Part shown: piece by piece, positions 34,512-44,090 of the stretch
Position numbering within the stretch: the first letter of the stretch is position 1
Layout: every line of letters begins with the position of its first letter
Origin: an uncultured Candidatus Saccharibacteria bacterium
GTDB lineage: Bacteria > Patescibacteriota > UBA1384 > JAMDBS01 > DAOVQR01
NCBI GenBank assembly: GCA_964481135.1
Contig: CAYZSW010000004.1
Coordinates: forward strand, 20,110 to 84,109
Direction of reading: 5' to 3'
DNA length: 64,000 nt
Notes under the pieces: model-generated
Told to the model about the DNA's origin: nothing
Databases searched by the model: none
Seen by the model: the letters and a program-made list of their open reading frames with translations, nothing else
Program-made: the position numbers and the translations under genes

Positions 34512-36275
34512 ATGGCAAAAGAAAAACATTCAAAATTAGACACTATGCGACATAGTAGTTCGCATTTAATGGCAATGGCGGTTTTGCAACTGTTTCCTAA
34601 AGCAAAATTTGCAATAGGACCTTCTATAGAAGATGGTTTTTATTATGATTTTGAGTTAGATAGATCTCTTACAAACCAAGATTTAAAAAAAATTGAAAAG
34701 ATTATGACTAAGACTAAATCAAAAAATCACAAATTTGAACACGAAGAATGGACAATAACAAAAGCTGAAAAATATTTTAAAGATAGTAAACAAAAATATA
34801 AATTAGAACTAATTCGCGACTTATTAAAAGAAGATCCAAAGCTTAAAAAGGTTTCAATTTTTAAGACGGGTGAATTTGTAGATTTGTGTGCAGGACCTCA
34901 TGTAAAATCAACAAAAGAAATCGGACCATATAAATTACTTTCTGTAGCAGGAGCTTATTGGCGAGGAAGTGAAAAAAATAAAATGCTACAAAGGATTTAT
35001 GGAACCTGTTTTGAACAAGAAAAAGAACTCGTGGAATATTTAAACAAATTAGAAGAAGCTAAAAAACGCGATCATAGATTTTTAGGTAAACAACTTGAAC
35101 TGTTTATGATAGATGAAGAAGTTGGTCAGGGTCTTATCTTATGGCTCCCAAAGGGTGCACAGCTCCGCAAAATTATTCAAGATTTTGCAATTAATACATA
35201 TTTGAAAAATGGCTATAAACCTGTCTATACTCCTCATATTGCATCAACAGAATTGTTCAAACATTCGGGTCACTTAGATTTTTATAAAGAAAACCTTTAT
35301 TCTCCTTTTGAGGTAGAAAAACAAGCTTATATGGTTAAGCCGATGAATTGTCCATTTCATGTTCGTATGTATAATAACAGCATCCATTCTTATCGTGATT
35401 TACCAATCCGTTGGACAGAAATGGGAACAGTATATCGATATGAAAGAAGTGGTGTGTTACACGGACTTACTCGTGTTCGAGGATTTACTCAAGATGATGC
35501 TCATATTATTTGTACTAAAGAACAATTATCACAAGAACTTTTCGAAGCTTTAAAGCTGACAAAATATATGCTTAAAACTTTTGGATTTAATGATTTTGAA
35601 GTTAATATTTCAATTCGTGATCCAAAAAATAAAGATAAATTTATTGGTGATGATTCTTCATGGAAAGCTGCAGAAGAATCATTAATAGAAGCAGTAAAAA
35701 AAGCAGGATTTAAAAACTTTGTTTACGATATTGGTGGAGCAGTTTTTTATGGACCTAAAATTGATATTAAAATTGCTGATGCTCTAGGTAGAATGTGGCA
35801 ACTTTCAACAATTCAAGTAGATTTTAATCTTCCAAGTAGATTTAATATGAAGTATATTGATAAAGAGGGTAATGAAAAAGCTCCATTTATGATTCACAGA
35901 GCGCTTTTAGGATCTCTAGAGAGATTTATTGGAGTTTTAATTGAACACTATGCAGGTTCCTTTCCTTTATGGCTTTCTCCTCTGCAAGTAAAAGTTTTAG
36001 CAATATCTCAAAAGCATAATAAATATGCACAAAAAGTTTTAGATGAACTAACCAAAAATGATATTAGAGTAGAAGTTGATGATTCAGACGAAACACTGGG
36101 TAAAAAGATTCGTAATGCATTAAAAGAAAAAGTACCATATATGGTTATAGTAGGAGATAAAGAAAAAAAACTAGACAAAGTCGCGCCAAGAACTAGAACT
36201 GGTAAAGATTTAGGTGCAATGAAAATTAGTAAATTTATTGATAGAATAAAAGAAGAAATTAAGAAGAATAAATAA
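34512..36275 (+). CDS. thrS: threonyl-tRNA synthetase
   Basis: Class II aaRS motifs (FRDLPIRWTEMGTVYRYE, GFTQDDAHIIC), C-terminal anticodon-binding domain; 587 aa (N-terminal TGS region shortened). Confidence 0.92.
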   Translation: MAKEKHSKLDTMRHSSSHLMAMAVLQLFPKAKFAIGPSIEDGFYYDFELDRSLTNQDLKKIEKIMTKTKSKNHKFEHEEWTITKAEKYFKDSKQKYKLELIRDLLKEDPKLKKVSIFKTGEFVDLCAGPHVKSTKEIGPYKLLSVAGAYWRGSEKNKMLQRIYGTCFEQEKELVEYLNKLEEAKKRDHRFLGKQLELFMIDEEVGQGLILWLPKGAQLRKIIQDFAINTYLKNGYKPVYTPHIASTELFKHSGHLDFYKENLYSPFEVEKQAYMVKPMNCPFHVRMYNNSIHSYRDLPIRWTEMGTVYRYERSGVLHGLTRVRGFTQDDAHIICTKEQLSQELFEALKLTKYMLKTFGFNDFEVNISIRDPKNKDKFIGDDSSWKAAEESLIEAVKKAGFKNFVYDIGGAVFYGPKIDIKIADALGRMWQLSTIQVDFNLPSRFNMKYIDKEGNEKAPFMIHRALLGSLERFIGVLIEHYAGSFPLWLSPLQVKVLAISQKHNKYAQKVLDELTKNDIRVEVDDSDETLGKKIRNALKEKVPYMVIVGDKEKKLDKVAPRTRTGKDLGAMKISKFIDRIKEEIKKNK

Positions 36276-36282
36276 TAATATC

Positions 36283-36438
36283 AATGTTGTCCTCCTACGC
36301 TTTCGGTATTCCACTCGGATTATTCATCCGTGTTACAATCCGAGATGCTTCCCGCTTTGCATAAAACTTTGCGGGACAAGTCGGAGGACTTCCGGTTTTG
36401 CTTCCGTCGTGGAGTGCAAAACACGGAGCGGAGGGTAT
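36283..36438 (+). promoter_or_regulatory. structured GC-rich leader element upstream of deoC (unassigned riboswitch-like or sRNA-like element)
   Basis: Nested helices: gtcctcc...ggaggac, actcggatt...aatccgagat, cccgc-tttgcataaaacttt-gcggg, tccgt...acgga; ends at the gcggaggg SD of deoC. The antisense ORF 36295-36549 is judged spurious. Confidence 0.45.
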
Positions 36439-37128
36439 ATGAATAAAGATCAAATAAAAAAGTACATTGACCATACAAATGTAAAACCAGACGCAACAGA
36501 AAAAGAAATTAAAACACTTTGTAAAGAAGCAAAAGAGAATGGTTTCCATTCAGTATGCGTAAGTGCTTTTCGTGTCAAAGATGCTCGTAAATTTCTAGGT
36601 GATTCAAACAAAATCGCACTAATTTCTGTAATTGGTTTTCCATTTGGCTTTTCTACAACCGAAATTAAGGTTTTAGAAGCCAAGCGCGCAGTAAAAGATG
36701 GAGCTACAGAAATTGACATGGTAATTAATATTGGTAAAGTAAAAGAGCATGATTGGGGATTTACCAAAAAAGAAATATTACAAATCTCTAAAGCTATAGC
36801 CCCAATTGGACTTAAAGTTATTGTTGAAGTAGGGTATTTAAGTGAAGAAGAGCTTTTTAAAGTATCAAAAATTGTAAAAGAGGCAGGGGCTAAATTTGTT
36901 AAAACCTCAACTGGATATGGACCTCGACCCGCTCAATTAAAAGATATTAAAATTATGAAAAAAGCAGTAGGGGATTTTGATATTAAAGCATCGGGTGGAG
37001 TTCGTGATTATAAAACTGCAGAGGCAATGATTAAAGCCGGAGCAACAAGAATTGGAACTAGTTCAGGATTAAAAATAATTGGTAAAGATCAAAAAAAGAA
37101 AAAAGATTTATCAGGTAGTAATGAATAG
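36439..37128 (+). CDS. deoC: deoxyribose-phosphate aldolase
   Basis: FVKTSTGYGP (Schiff-base Lys), SGGVRDYKTAEAMIKAGATRIGTSSG; ATG at 36439 behind the ggaggg SD. Confidence 0.88.
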   Translation: MNKDQIKKYIDHTNVKPDATEKEIKTLCKEAKENGFHSVCVSAFRVKDARKFLGDSNKIALISVIGFPFGFSTTEIKVLEAKRAVKDGATEIDMVINIGKVKEHDWGFTKKEILQISKAIAPIGLKVIVEVGYLSEEELFKVSKIVKEAGAKFVKTSTGYGPRPAQLKDIKIMKKAVGDFDIKASGGVRDYKTAEAMIKAGATRIGTSSGLKIIGKDQKKKKDLSGSNE

Positions 37129-37259
37129 AAATTAATTAATAAATAATATTTGATAACTCATAATTATAACTAAAATTTGATAAATGTTGAGATATAAAGT
37201 TATTAGATATAGTTTTGAGATTTGAATTTTAAACTATAAGTTTAATTAAAAGGATTAAT

Positions 37260-37880
37260 ATGAAATATAAATTTTGTGTATCGGGTACTGCTGACGGAAC
37301 AATAGCAACAAATAAAGCAAAAGAAAAAATTGTTGAATTGGGCAGGGAGATTATTAAACAAAACGGAGTATTGGTTAATGGTGCAACAAGTGGTGCTCCT
37401 CATTGGGCGTTAGAGGGTGCAAAAAAAGAAAAAGGTTTTGCAATTGGAATTTCCCCTGCTAGTTCAGAATTAGAACATATTAAAAAATATCGTCTGCCTA
37501 TAGATGATTACGATATGATTATTTATACTGGTTTTGGTTATTCTGGTAGAAATTTACTTCTTACTAGATCGTCAGATGCAGTAATTATTGTTTCGGGCAG
37601 AATGGGAACTTTAAATGAATTTACAATTGCTTTTGAAGATGATAAGCCAATAGGTGTTTTGACCGAAACAGGGGGAACAGCTGACATTGTTGAAGGTATT
37701 GTTAAAAGTTCACGTCGCGGTCTTGGAAGAATTGTTTACGAATCAGATCCTAAAAAACTAGTTTCAAAACTCAAAAAATTAATTGCTAAAGATAAAGTAA
37801 CAGCAAAAGAACTAGAAGAATTCAGGGTTAATCCAAAACTTAATTGGACTAAGGAAAAATTAAAAGAAAATAGTAAATAA
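37260..37880 (+). CDS. LOG-family/TIGR00725-like Rossmann-fold nucleotide-binding protein
   Basis: GxxSGAPHWALEGA...IGISP... and SGRMGTLNEF (cf. the PGGxGTxEE LOG motif). Confidence 0.6.
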   Translation: MKYKFCVSGTADGTIATNKAKEKIVELGREIIKQNGVLVNGATSGAPHWALEGAKKEKGFAIGISPASSELEHIKKYRLPIDDYDMIIYTGFGYSGRNLLLTRSSDAVIIVSGRMGTLNEFTIAFEDDKPIGVLTETGGTADIVEGIVKSSRRGLGRIVYESDPKKLVSKLKKLIAKDKVTAKELEEFRVNPKLNWTKEKLKENSK

Positions 37881-39071
37881 TTATTTGTTAATTAAATTAT
37901 TGATAATATCCCAACGATGTTTTTTTTCTTCTCTAGCTATATTGTCTTTGTATTTTTTTTCTGCTAAGGTTCCGGGACGGGGAGAATACTGGGCTGCAAA
38001 TACTTTATAAAAACCAACTTTTTTGCAAATTTCGACTGTATTTTGAAATTGTTTTTTAGTTTCACCAGGAAACCCAACTATCACATCAGTTGATATTTTT
38101 AAATCTTTAATTTTTATTTTTAAATCTTTAATTAGGCTTAAGTAATCTTGTGTGCTATATTTTCGATTCATTTTTTTTAAAATTTCATCATCACCTGACT
38201 GTATTGGTAAATGTAGTTTTTTTTCCCATTTTTTTAATTTAGGTAAAGTATCTACTAAACTTTTGTGAAAATCATGTGGGTTAGAGCTGGTAAAATTAAA
38301 AGTAAAATTACCAGGTATTTTATCAATTTCTTCTAGTAATTTTGCAAAAGGTAAAATTAAATTTTCATCCCGAACTCTCGCCTTGGATTGACTTACAAGT
38401 TGAGATAAGTAATTTGAGATTTTTTTTGATTTTTGGGATTTTGAACTAAATTCAGAATGACTTATATTAGTTATTAAAAATTTATTTTTATTGTTTTTAT
38501 CTAAACCATAACTATTAACATTTTGACCTAAAAGCATAATATGTTTTTTGTTATTTTTGATTTGTTTTTTTATTTCATCTAAAATTTCATTTTCTTTTTT
38601 TGACCATTCACGACCACGAGTATATGGTACAGCGCAATACGAACAAAAATTATCACAACCAAACATTATCGGTATAAAGGCAGCATCTTTATTAATATCT
38701 AGCGGAATACACTCTGTTTGTGGTTTTAATTTAATATTAACTTTTCCTTTTAGTAAAAGAGGTAATTTTTTATCAATATCATTAATATCAATTATTAATG
38801 CATTTTGTTTTTTACTAGAAAATTTTGGTTTGTCTTTTTCTAATATACATCCGGTAATTATTACTTTAGGTTTTTGGGGAAGCTTATTCCAAACTTTAAT
38901 TTTTCCAAATATTCTATCGATTGGTTTTTGACGAACAGAGCAAGCAATAGCCACGATTACATTAGCATTTTTTTCATTGTCTAAAACATAACCCATCTTT
39001 TCGAGTAGATGGGCTATGTGTTTGGCATCGTAATAATTTTGATAACATCCTGTGATAAATAAGTAATAACT
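37881..39071 (-). CDS. radical SAM methylthiotransferase (MiaB/RimO/MtaB family)
   Basis: N-terminal MTTase domain (YYLFITGCQ...), CDNFCSYCAVPYTRGRE radical-SAM CxxxCxxC. The track ORF extends into rplY, so the start was trimmed to the Met at 39071 (MSYYLFITGC). Confidence 0.78.
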   Translation of the reverse strand, partial: SYYLFITGCYQNYYDAKHIAHLLEKMGYVLDNEKNANVIVAIACSVRQKPIDRIFGKIKVWNKLPQKPKVIITGCILEKDKPKFSSKKQNALIIDINDIDKKLPLLLKGKVNIKLKPQTECIPLDINKDAAFIPIMFGCDNFCSYCAVPYTRGREWSKKENEILDEIKKQIKNNKKHIMLLGQNVNSYGLDKNNKNKFLITNISHSEFSSKSQKSKKISNYLSQLVSQSKARVRDENLILPFAKLLEEIDKIPGNFTFNFTSSNPHDFHKSLVDTLPKLKKWEKKLHLPIQSGDDEILKKMNRKYSTQDYLSLIKDLKIKIKDLKISTDVIVGFPGETKKQFQNTVEICKKVGFYKVFAAQYSPRPGTLAEKKYKDNIAREEKKHRWDIINNLINK

Positions 39072-39090
39072 CATACTTTGAAGTAGAAAA

Positions 39091-39831
39091 TTATTTAGTT
39101 GTTTCTTTTTTGTCTTCAGCTGGTTTTTCTGCAGTTTTTTTGTTATCTTCTTCGCTTTCTTTTTCCTGTTCTTTTTTAGCTTTTTCAGCTTCTGCTTCGG
39201 ATTCCATTTTTTCAATTCCTGCTTGTTCTTCGTCTTTTGCTGATTCTTGTTCTAATTCTTCTAATTCTTCTTCGCTTCTTGGCGGATTAACAACAGCTAT
39301 TGTTTCTTCGGGATCATCTTGAATCTTAATAGTTTCGGGTACTTTTAGATCTTTTACTAAAATAATATCTTCAAATGTCTTTAATATTGAAATATCAACT
39401 TCAATGTTTGAAATAAGATTACCAGGTAAACATTTGACTTCAACCGAATCTTTGTTTTTAACCAAATTTCCTTCCAACTCTTTTACAGCAGGTGATAATC
39501 CGGTAAATTCTAAAGGAATTTCAGTTGTAATTTCTTCATCCATTTTAATTTTATAAAAATCTATATGAATAACTTTGTCGGTGATAGGATTTTTTTGTGG
39601 TTCTTGAATTAAAATCTTAATAGGTTTTTCGTCTTCAATTAATAAATCGACTAAAGTTGAACTGCCGGATTTTTGATATGTTTTTATAAATTCATTTTCA
39701 TTTACGGTTAAATTTGTTGATTTTTTCCCTTGACCATACAAAACAGAGGGCACTAGACCCTGATTTCTTAATTGGTTAACTTTTTTACCCACGATATTTC
39801 TTTTTTGGGCTTTTAAAATTATTTTTTCCAT
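39091..39831 (-). CDS. rplY: 50S ribosomal protein bL25 (Ctc form) with acidic/lysine-rich C-terminal extension
   Basis: MEKIILKAQKRNIVGKKVNQLRNQGLVPSVLYGQGKK typical L25 N-terminus; C-terminal E/K-rich tail. Confidence 0.85.
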   Translation of the reverse strand: MEKIILKAQKRNIVGKKVNQLRNQGLVPSVLYGQGKKSTNLTVNENEFIKTYQKSGSSTLVDLLIEDEKPIKILIQEPQKNPITDKVIHIDFYKIKMDEEITTEIPLEFTGLSPAVKELEGNLVKNKDSVEVKCLPGNLISNIEVDISILKTFEDIILVKDLKVPETIKIQDDPEETIAVVNPPRSEEELEELEQESAKDEEQAGIEKMESEAEAEKAKKEQEKESEEDNKKTAEKPAEDKKETTK

Positions 39832-40145
39832 AGTTTTTCAAAATCTCCATCGAAATTATTTATTTCTTTTGTTAATAGTTGGCTAAAAGTATGTTTATTA
39901 ATATTTGATGTGTAGTTTTTATTATAACTTTCAAATGCTTTAACGATATCCTGGTTTATTGGTTTGTTGCTTATTACCACAAAAATTGATACTGGTTTAT
40001 GATTATTAAAACAATTTGCTTGTAGAAAATAGATATTTTCAAACCAGCCTTTAAGCTTAATTTCTTCGATATTATATTTTCTTTTACAAATTGGACAAGA
40101 CAAAAGTTTTTGCGCCATTTTGATAATATGTTGAAATCTATCCAT
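39819..40145 (-). CDS. small hypothetical protein with CPICKRKY zinc-ribbon-like motif
   Basis: 108-aa ORF with CxxC near the N-terminus; overlaps the rplY start by 13 nt. Unsupported beyond ORF integrity. Confidence 0.35.
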   Translation of the reverse strand: MDRFQHIIKMAQKLLSCPICKRKYNIEEIKLKGWFENIYFLQANCFNNHKPVSIFVVISNKPINQDIVKAFESYNKNYTSNINKHTFSQLLTKEINNFDGDFEKLWKK

Positions 40146-40275
40146 ATTATAACCCCTCGATAATACATACTATCATACCTGTAAAAAATTTTCAAGTATA
40201 TGATTACATTATAATATTAATATGGTATAAATGATATGTTTTAATTGTTAAATTAATAATTAAGGAGGAAAAATA

Positions 40276-40389
40276 ATGAGCTTTTATCCGCCAATCCAAA
40301 TATGGCTAGGAATACAGGGAGATTATAATGAATTCCAAGAAAAAATTCCAACTGAGGTATTTATTGATTTAATGGATAAAATTCAATAA
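40276..40389 (+). CDS. candidate small protein (37 aa, MSFYPPIQIWLGIQGDYNEFQEKIPTEVFIDLMDKIQ)
   Basis: Strong SD taaggagga 6-7 nt upstream of the ATG; absent from the ORF track because of length. Could be non-coding. Confidence 0.3.
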   Translation: MSFYPPIQIWLGIQGDYNEFQEKIPTEVFIDLMDKIQ

Positions 40390-40695
40390 TCCGAATCGCG
40401 CCCGAGTTGGATCTTGAATTGTTTTTTAACCAGCAGCAAAAAATAATAGGGATAGGGATTGAAATACTATTTTTTGACTTAAACGATAGCATAACAAATA
40501 TCAAAAAAGAGGAAATTGATCCCAATAACCCCAAATATAATTTATTAAAAGAACAATTCCGAGCTTGGAGATTGAGCGATGACATAAAAATTTATGTCAG
40601 CTGTCCAGGATATTACTGAGATTTCTGCCAAGATTTAATCTTGGCATGGTCACCTGAAAGTAAGATATTTGGAACGCATATTCGCGTTCCTTTTT

Positions 40696-41403
40696 TTATT
40701 GATTCTTTCTCCAATTATTAATTTTTTCATGATTTCCACTTAGTAATACATCAGGAGTTTTAAGGTTAGTACATTCTGTTGAAAGCGGTTTATAGTTAGC
40801 AGGTTTGGTGTATTGTGGGAATTGTATATATCCTTTTTTACTATGAGTTTCATTTTTTAAAGATTCATTATTTATCACTCCTGGTATAAGTCGTGTTACA
40901 GCATCAATAATTGCCATTGCTGGGATTTCGCCTCCGGTTAAAACAAAATCTCCTAGAGATATTTCCATATCAACTAGTTGCCTTATTCTTTCATCAAAAC
41001 CACCATAATGACCACAAATGAGTATGATGTGGGAATAACAAGAAAAAGTTTTCGCTATCTTTTGAGTAAATTTTTTGCCCTTTGGAGTTAAGAGGATTAT
41101 TTTACATGTTGAAGTTGCTCTATCGCTTTGTTTGCCCGAGTTGCATTTAGAACAACTAGAGCAACTGGAACAATTAGAACATATATCAGCTATTGCATGA
41201 TCTACTACATCTACTTTTAATATCATTCCGGCGCCTCCACCATAAGGAGTATCATCAACCGTTCCATGTTTATCAGTAGCCCAATCTCTTAAATTGTAAG
41301 TATTTATTTCAGCTAGTTTTTTATTTTGTGCTCGCTTAATAATCGATTCTGCTAAGATCGGTTTAAACATTTTTGGAAATAATGTTAAAATATCAATTTT
41401 CAT
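40696..41403 (-). CDS. trmD: tRNA (guanine37-N1)-methyltransferase TrmD with an unusual Cys/Ser-rich insertion
   Basis: MKIDILTLFPKMF..., SPOUT knot region GGYEGIDER-like (HYGGFDERIRQ); inserted CSNCSSCSSCSKCNSGKQSDRATSTC between the conserved blocks. Confidence 0.85.
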   Translation of the reverse strand: MKIDILTLFPKMFKPILAESIIKRAQNKKLAEINTYNLRDWATDKHGTVDDTPYGGGAGMILKVDVVDHAIADICSNCSSCSSCSKCNSGKQSDRATSTCKIILLTPKGKKFTQKIAKTFSCYSHIILICGHYGGFDERIRQLVDMEISLGDFVLTGGEIPAMAIIDAVTRLIPGVINNESLKNETHSKKGYIQFPQYTKPANYKPLSTECTNLKTPDVLLSGNHEKINNWRKNQ

Positions 41404-41499
41404 AAAATTAATTTTAATTTAATTAATAATATTAATAAACAAAAGACCACCTGTAAAAGATTGTGGTGATCTTTTGTAAAATATATAAAATTTTATTTT

Positions 41500-41841
41500 T
41501 TATAATACTTCAGTTGCTTTTTCTTCTTTATCTTCTGGTTTTTCTTCTCTTTTAGGTTCTGGTCGTGAGCCACCTTCTGGTTCGGTAATTTTTAAATTTA
41601 TTCGTGAATTATTTTTTGCTCCAAGTACACGAAGTAATGTTCGTAAAGCTTTTGCAGTTCTTCCTTCTTTTCCAATAACTTTACCCATATCTTCAGGATT
41701 AATTGAAAGTTCAATTAAAACTCCCATTTCATCAACTTTTCTTTCTACTTTTACATCATCTGGGTTATCTACAAATGATTTAACAACATATTCAACAAAT
41801 TCTTGATCTTTTTCTGCCATTGTTAACTCCTTATCGCTCAT
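41500..41841 (-). CDS. KH-domain RNA-binding protein (YlqC/UPF0109 family)
   Basis: VIGKEGRTAKALRTLL KH GxxG motif; located between rpsP and trmD as in the Bacillus rpsP-ylqC-(rimM)-trmD cluster. Confidence 0.8.
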   Translation of the reverse strand: MSDKELTMAEKDQEFVEYVVKSFVDNPDDVKVERKVDEMGVLIELSINPEDMGKVIGKEGRTAKALRTLLRVLGAKNNSRINLKITEPEGGSRPEPKREEKPEDKEEKATEVL

Positions 41842-41891
41842 ATTTGAGCCTAATTAATCCGCTACAATAACGGACTTATTAATATCTGTTA

Positions 41892-42377
41892 TCATTTATT
41901 TTCATCTTTAGAATCTTTTTCTTCACTACCTGATCGACCGTCTGTAGTGTTAGATTCTTGTGATTTTTCCTCGTCACTCATTTTTTGTTTTTCTTGAGCT
42001 TCTTGTTCATTTTTTGCTTCAAGTTCTGCTTTAGATTTTTCTTTTTCGGCAACCTCTTTTGCTTTTTGAACTTCTTTTTCTTTCTTTTCTGCTTCTATTT
42101 GTTTTTTACTTTTTGATTTAAAAATTTTTATTACAATGGATTTATGTTTGATTCCTTCTTTCTTTAAAATTTTTGCAACAGTGTTGGAGGGTTTTGCTCC
42201 ATTGTTTAACCATTTTAAGGTTTCTTCTTTATTTAAAACAATTATTTTTTTTCTAGGGTCATAATTGCCTAGTAAATAAATATAACTACCTTTTACTGGA
42301 GCAGAATGTTCTGCTACAACAATTCGGTAGTATGGTTGATGTTTTTTTCCGCCTCTTTTTAATCTAATTCTTAACAT
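41892..42377 (-). CDS. rpsP: 30S ribosomal protein bS16 with K/E-rich C-terminal extension
   Basis: MLRIRLKRGGKKHQPYYRIVVAEHSAPVKG... canonical S16 N-terminus. Confidence 0.9.
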   Translation of the reverse strand: MLRIRLKRGGKKHQPYYRIVVAEHSAPVKGSYIYLLGNYDPRKKIIVLNKEETLKWLNNGAKPSNTVAKILKKEGIKHKSIVIKIFKSKSKKQIEAEKKEKEVQKAKEVAEKEKSKAELEAKNEQEAQEKQKMSDEEKSQESNTTDGRSGSEEKDSKDENK

Positions 42378-42443
42378 TATTACCTTTCTTTACATAACCG
42401 CCATTGTGCGGGTCTTTACTTTGATTTTCTAAAGATAATCTTA

Positions 42444-43427
42444 TCATAAAATATACAATTTGTCAATAATTTTTTGAGGTAAATTTTTTTTATAACCGTT
42501 TAAAAATTGAGTCCAAGTAATATTTTTTTTACCTTCTGGTGTAATTTTTTTTATTTGAATTTTGTTGTTAATTAATTGGGCTTTAGTAATTTTAAATATT
42601 TTATTGTCAATTTTTGTATATGCTCCAGGAGAGGGATTAAATGCATTAATTTTTTGCATTATTTTAATAGCGGGTTTGTTCCAATTTATTAAAGCATCTT
42701 GTTTTTTAATCATTTTGCAATAAGTTGATTTTCGATGATTTTGCGGTTTTGGATTAATTTTTCCTTTAAGATAAAGTTTTAATGATTTAATTAAAAAATC
42801 AGGTCCAATTTTTATTACTTTTTCGTATAAATTTTCCAAGTTATCATAATTAGAAATATTTATTTCAGTTTGATTAATAATGGGTCCGTGATCCATTTTT
42901 TCGTCTAATTTCATTATTGAAATTCCTGTTTTGTTATCACCTGCTAAAATTGCAGCGCGAAGGGGATCGGGTCCTCGATATTTAGGTAAAATTGATGGGT
43001 GAACATTAATAATACCTTCTGGAAATAAATCAATAATCTCTTTTGGAATAATTTTGCCATAAGCAACAAGTACTCCAACATCTGGTTGAAGTTTAGTTAT
43101 CAGCTTACAGCTATCAGCAGTCAGCTTATTAAATTTAAAAACAGGAATTTTATTGTTGTTTTGAAAATTTTGATCATTCTCTGAGTTAAATAGAATCTTA
43201 TTATTGTTCGTGCGAAGTCGAGAACTTTCTATAATCTTATCATTTTGATTTTGGATTTTGCATAAATATTCAGCAATTGGCGATTGTTTAAGCTGTTGTC
43301 CTCTTCCGCTTTTTTTATCTTCCCCAGTCACAACTCCAACAACCTCAAAATCAGCATCTTTTAAAAGTGTTTCTAAAAAAGGTACAGAAAATTCTGGTGT
43401 TCCAAAAAATACTACTTTATATTTCAT
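42444..43427 (-). CDS. fmt: methionyl-tRNA formyltransferase (with an N/Q-rich insertion)
   Basis: VVFFGTPEFSVPFLETLL, HPSILPKYRGPDPL formyltransferase motifs; an insertion of about 50 aa (QNQNDKII...NNNKIP). Confidence 0.85.
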   Translation of the reverse strand: MKYKVVFFGTPEFSVPFLETLLKDADFEVVGVVTGEDKKSGRGQQLKQSPIAEYLCKIQNQNDKIIESSRLRTNNNKILFNSENDQNFQNNNKIPVFKFNKLTADSCKLITKLQPDVGVLVAYGKIIPKEIIDLFPEGIINVHPSILPKYRGPDPLRAAILAGDNKTGISIMKLDEKMDHGPIINQTEINISNYDNLENLYEKVIKIGPDFLIKSLKLYLKGKINPKPQNHRKSTYCKMIKKQDALINWNKPAIKIMQKINAFNPSPGAYTKIDNKIFKITKAQLINNKIQIKKITPEGKKNITWTQFLNGYKKNLPQKIIDKLYIL

Positions 43428-43437
43428 ATAACAATTG

Positions 43438-43998
43438 TTATTTTATTATATTTTTAGATTTTTCATCGAGTATTTGTTTATTTTGTTTTTCACGAAGTCG
43501 TTTTAAAGTTTTTTTATCCGTTCTGTCATAAATTAATATTCCATCAAGATGATCTATTTCGTGTAAAAGTACTCGCGCAAGTAAACCCTTTGCTCTAATT
43601 TTTACTCTATGTCCATCTAAATCTGTTGCTAAAATATTTGCAGCTAAGGGTCTTTTAACTGGTAGCTCGACATCCGGACACGAAAGACACCCTTCTTTCA
43701 TAATACTAGTTTGGCGAGATTTTAATGTAACTTTAGGATTAACTAAAATGAGCGTTGGAATTTGTTCGTTGTCTTTTAGTTTTTCTTGTGTTTCTTGGTC
43801 TGCGTCTTTAGGTATTTCGTAACCAGTAACTAAAAGGCGAATTGGAATACCTAGTTGAATTGCAGATAATCCAACACCTTTATTTTCTTTCATAATTTTT
43901 ATCATATTTAAAGCTAGTTCGCGAATTTCTTTTGTAACTTTACGAACTTTTTTTGATTTTTGTTTCAGTTTTTTGTCTGGATAAGTTAATATTTTCAT
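43438..43998 (-). CDS. def: peptide deformylase
   Basis: GVGLSAIQLG, EGCLSCP, HEIDHLDG motifs. Confidence 0.9.
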   Translation of the reverse strand: MKILTYPDKKLKQKSKKVRKVTKEIRELALNMIKIMKENKGVGLSAIQLGIPIRLLVTGYEIPKDADQETQEKLKDNEQIPTLILVNPKVTLKSRQTSIMKEGCLSCPDVELPVKRPLAANILATDLDGHRVKIRAKGLLARVLLHEIDHLDGILIYDRTDKKTLKRLREKQNKQILDEKSKNIIK

Positions 43999-44090
43999 TT
44001 TTAATAAATTTTAAATGTTTCAAAGGTTTCAAAGGTGTATCAATAATTTTGTCTTATAACACTTTTGATACTTATGAGACCTATGATGCA

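Noticed and set aside
36295-36549. 84-aa minus-strand ORF
   Set aside because: It overlaps the structured thrS-deoC intergenic element and the deoC 5' end. The Cys/Phe-rich low-complexity translation is typical of an antisense read through AT-rich coding DNA.
39071-39215. the N-terminal 48 codons of the track ORF for the methylthiotransferase (the K-rich MKKWNPKQKLKKLKK... segment)
   Set aside because: This segment overlaps the 3' end of rplY on the same strand in another frame, and is a lysine-rich read-through of A-rich DNA. The conserved MTTase N-terminus begins at the Met at 39071, so the gene was trimmed.
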